The position numbers and the translations under genes are program-made. Of a stretch of DNA of 57,159 bases, positions 54,733-57,159 are shown piece by piece. Numbering within the stretch: the stretch's first letter is position 1; each line of letters starts with the position of its first letter. Origin of the DNA: a virus (Duplodnaviria; Caudoviricetes); IMG/VR virus record IMGVR_UViG_3300005294_000044, positions 1 to 57,159 of that record; one strand, written 5' to 3'. The notes under the pieces are model-generated. The model saw nothing but the letters and a program-made list of their open reading frames with translations. It had not been told where the DNA came from and searched no databases.

Positions 54733-55941
54733 CTAGGGGGTCTCGGGACAGTTAGCCACCCTGGCGCCCAAGGTCAGGATCCGGTAGCTGGAGTCGATCG
54801 TAGCCACCCGGTTGTCGTGCCAGCGGGCCACGAGCGAGCAGTTGTCTACGTCTGCTGGCCCGAAGCCCCAGCTCTTGTCGATCACCCGGTTCCCGGAGAT
54901 GTCCGGGTAGAAGGCCGACCCCGAGGTCAGGAACCGCAGCACGTAGCCGCCGCCACCCACCAGGTTGTCCTTGAACACCCCACCGAAGCCGGCTGCCCCC
55001 ACCGCGATCGCGGCGTTGGCCTCAGGCTGTCCGATCCGGGCGTCGATGGTGTTGTGGATGACCTCCATGCCCCCGGGGATCCCGTCGAACTCCTGGATCC
55101 CGTCAGCGTGGGTCTCCACGTTCCCGTCCTGGACCAGCTTGACGAAGCTGTCCTGGATGGTCACCTTCTGGCAGCGGTTCCCCGAGTCACCACCGCCACC
55201 GATACGGAATCCTTCAGTGCTATTCCGAATATGAACCCGGATCGCGGTGTACCCACACACACCAACCGCCCCGGTTCCGCCCCGCAGAATGCCGCTGGGC
55301 GGGCCGACTGTGGTGTCCATGATGAGCAGCCCGTTGTAGGCCCGGTTAGAGACCTGGTTGTAGATCTGCCCGTAGACCATCGAGTTCTTGACCGTCACGT
55401 TCTGGGCCCGGATGAACAACGTCCCCTTGACCAGGAAGTTGTCCAGCACCCGCCCGTCCTGACTCACCGTCAGATCCCCGTTCACCGTGGTCACCGGATG
55501 CCAGGTGGCAGGCACACCGGTACAGCTCGCGGTCGGGTACGCCGGCAGTGCACAGGGCCACGTGGGTGAGGTGGGCGTGGGCGAGGGGGTAGGCGAGGGG
55601 GGTGCTGTGGTCGGGACAGAGGTAGGTGAAGACGAAGGTTCCGGCGTCGGTGTAGACGTACTCGAAGGCGTGGGTGTCGCCGAGAGCCGGTCCAATGCAC
55701 GTTGCGTGTCCTGTAGACATTCCTGCGCTCGCTGCTCCTGTTCGGGTGTGGTGGCCGACTCCAGCTTCACCTGGCAGCCGGCCAGGTCCAGTTGCAGGTG
55801 GTGTACAAGCTCATCGACCGGCACCGGATCTGCTACCGGTACCGGTCGACTGAGCGGGATCGTGACGGCCAGGACCAGCAGGCTCAGGGTTCCCAGCACA
55901 GCCGTGATCCAGTGTCGATTGCGTTGCATGGATCTGGTCAT
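54733..55941 (-). CDS. Secreted/membrane-anchored pectin-lyase-like beta-helix protein
   Basis: N-terminal TM, PT-rich linker, P....TGVP...I.A.NVT.KNS...HADGIQ...I.HNT...N.V.GGGY. Confidence 0.75.
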   Translation of the reverse strand: MTRSMQRNRHWITAVLGTLSLLVLAVTIPLSRPVPVADPVPVDELVHHLQLDLAGCQVKLESATTPEQEQRAQECLQDTQRALDRLSATPTPSSTSTPTPEPSSSPTSVPTTAPPSPTPSPTPTSPTWPCALPAYPTASCTGVPATWHPVTTVNGDLTVSQDGRVLDNFLVKGTLFIRAQNVTVKNSMVYGQIYNQVSNRAYNGLLIMDTTVGPPSGILRGGTGAVGVCGYTAIRVHIRNSTEGFRIGGGGDSGNRCQKVTIQDSFVKLVQDGNVETHADGIQEFDGIPGGMEVIHNTIDARIGQPEANAAIAVGAAGFGGVFKDNLVGGGGYVLRFLTSGSAFYPDISGNRVIDKSWGFGPADVDNCSLVARWHDNRVATIDSSYRILTLGARVANCPETP

Positions 55942-56222
55942 GGCTCCAGAGTAGGCGCCTTGGTCGCGGGGAGCGGTTCATAGAACTGCACCCCGTAGGT
56001 GTCCTCGTCCACACGCCAGAATCGCAGCCGACCCTTGCGGTAGTACGCGGCAGAGTACAGCCGCTGATGCAGGGTCTTGGCCGGCCAATGGGTGGGGAAG
56101 TCTTTTGTCCGGACTAGGTGCCAGACGTCCCCGTTCATTACATCGTCAAGGAACTCGAACTGGAACCGGAACACTCGCTCCATCTCCAGCCGTGCCTCTT
56201 CACCCTCCAACCTTCGCGCCAC
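55938..56222 (-). CDS. Hypothetical protein (MARRLEG start, shared with 91-360)
   Basis: Promoter, RBS and first 7 codons come from the inverted repeat. Confidence 0.8.
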   Translation of the reverse strand: MARRLEGEEARLEMERVFRFQFEFLDDVMNGDVWHLVRTKDFPTHWPAKTLHQRLYSAAYYRKGRLRFWRVDEDTYGVQFYEPLPATKAPTLEP

Positions 56223-56312
56223 GCATCCACCTCCGTGAACCTGTACTTTCTGGATCCACCAACTCTACCAAAAAATAGGGAAACATGCACTGCAAAGCCT
56301 TGCTAGCGTTAC
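56202..56312. repeat. Inverted repeat, right copy
   Basis: Exact reverse complement of 1-111. Confidence 0.97.
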
Positions 56313-56521
56313 GTACCCCTTCAAGATCAACTACGCTATAGACACTTTGCAGTGCGTTATTCCCTATTTTTGGTATTGTTTAGAACCTGATACAGACATA
56401 AACGGTTCAAGTATCAGCTTCTGGGCACGAAAAAGGGACCCTAGACGGCAATCTTCTAGAGTCCCTGCGCTTTACGAAAATGCGGAAAGTACCAAAAATA
56501 AGTTAGTTGATCTTGCGGAAC

Positions 56522-56860
56522 CTAGGAGCGGTTTTCCATCTCCTCGATCTGGGCCCTCACGATGCCCTGAATCCCCGCTCGACCCTCAAGATCGGCATCA
56601 GGCATCGAGGATTGTGGGGCATGTAGGCGATACAAGGAAGAGAGACGATCGAGGATTCTGAGTCCGGCTTCAATGAACCGGGGATCGGGCCTCATCACTA
56701 GACCAGTGTCCGGATTGACCTGCACCTGGATGTGTGGATCACAAGCCCTCCACGCCTGTTCCAGGCGCTGCACCACCAGGGCCCGCACGAAGGGCACGGA
56801 CGCGGTCACGTCCTCGTCCCTGATCCCAGCCTGTCCGGCTTCAAGTTCCCACATGCCCAT
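56522..56860 (-). CDS. Possible terminase small subunit-like protein
   Basis: RLEQAW...D......L.ILDR...L..L.AP resembles the helical core of actinophage TerS-like proteins; start could be 56878, 56860 or 56854. Confidence 0.45.
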   Translation of the reverse strand: MGMWELEAGQAGIRDEDVTASVPFVRALVVQRLEQAWRACDPHIQVQVNPDTGLVMRPDPRFIEAGLRILDRLSSLYRLHAPQSSMPDADLEGRAGIQGIVRAQIEEMENRS

Positions 56861-57122
56861 CAGGATGCAGGCAAACATGCAGTGTTGGGAAGATGCATAT
56901 CAACATGCACTCCGCTACACCATAATGTTCCTGGGTCATGGTCCCTCCCCCGCCAGGAGAATCAGGGCCCACGTTCAAGACATTGAACAAGAGTCATGGA
57001 TCAGGGAACAAGGGCACGGATCAGGGTGCTATGCGTAGCCTGGACCGGCCCCGTGTTCGTTTCCTCCGGTGCCTGCTTCTGGATCTTGTACCTGGGGGTG
57101 GATCTTGGAGCGTGGGCGTGTT

Positions 57123-57159
57123 CCCCCCTCATGATCATGGGGGGGGGTGGTCATGATCA
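57123..57159. repeat. Terminal palindromes
   Basis: C6-T-CATGATCATG-G8; TCATGATCA at 57129-57137 and 57151-57159. Confidence 0.8.

Overview
The window is an apparently near-complete, GC-rich tailed (siphovirus-like) actinobacteriophage genome. The host is probably a filamentous actinomycete (inference). Layout: (i) 1-11.0 kb, + strand: many small early/accessory ORFs. (ii) 11.0-11.5 kb: a non-coding block of structured RNA candidates around a tRNA-Met(CAT). (iii) 11.5-18.5 kb, - strand: a sugar-modification cluster with 4 glycosyltransferases, an NDP-sugar C-methyltransferase, a SAM methyltransferase, a DUF4082-like protein and an inserted GIY-YIG endonuclease. (iv) 18.5-47.6 kb, - strand: lysis, tail, two capsid proteins, a 1682-aa mosaic head-region protein, protease, HNH, MuF, an intein-containing portal and an intein-containing TerL. 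(v) 47.7-53.8 kb, + strand: HTH, Cas4-like nuclease, primase-polymerase/SF3 helicase and two ParB-like proteins. (vi) 53.9-56.9 kb, - strand: accessory genes and a TerS-like gene. I saw no integrase, recombinase, DNA polymerase or CRISPR array. Three observations stand out. First, nt 1-111 are the exact reverse complement of 56202-56312, so both arms begin with the same promoter, RBS and MARRLEG codons. This suggests long inverted terminal repeats in a terminase-packaged phage. Second, the TerL intein carries an HNH endonuclease nested in a different reading frame, with its own apparent leaderless promoter. Third, the glycan cluster includes a branched-sugar C-methyltransferase. Several apparent frameshifts sit in short homopolymers and may be sequencing errors. 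All functional calls come from motif recognition by eye; no database searches were run.
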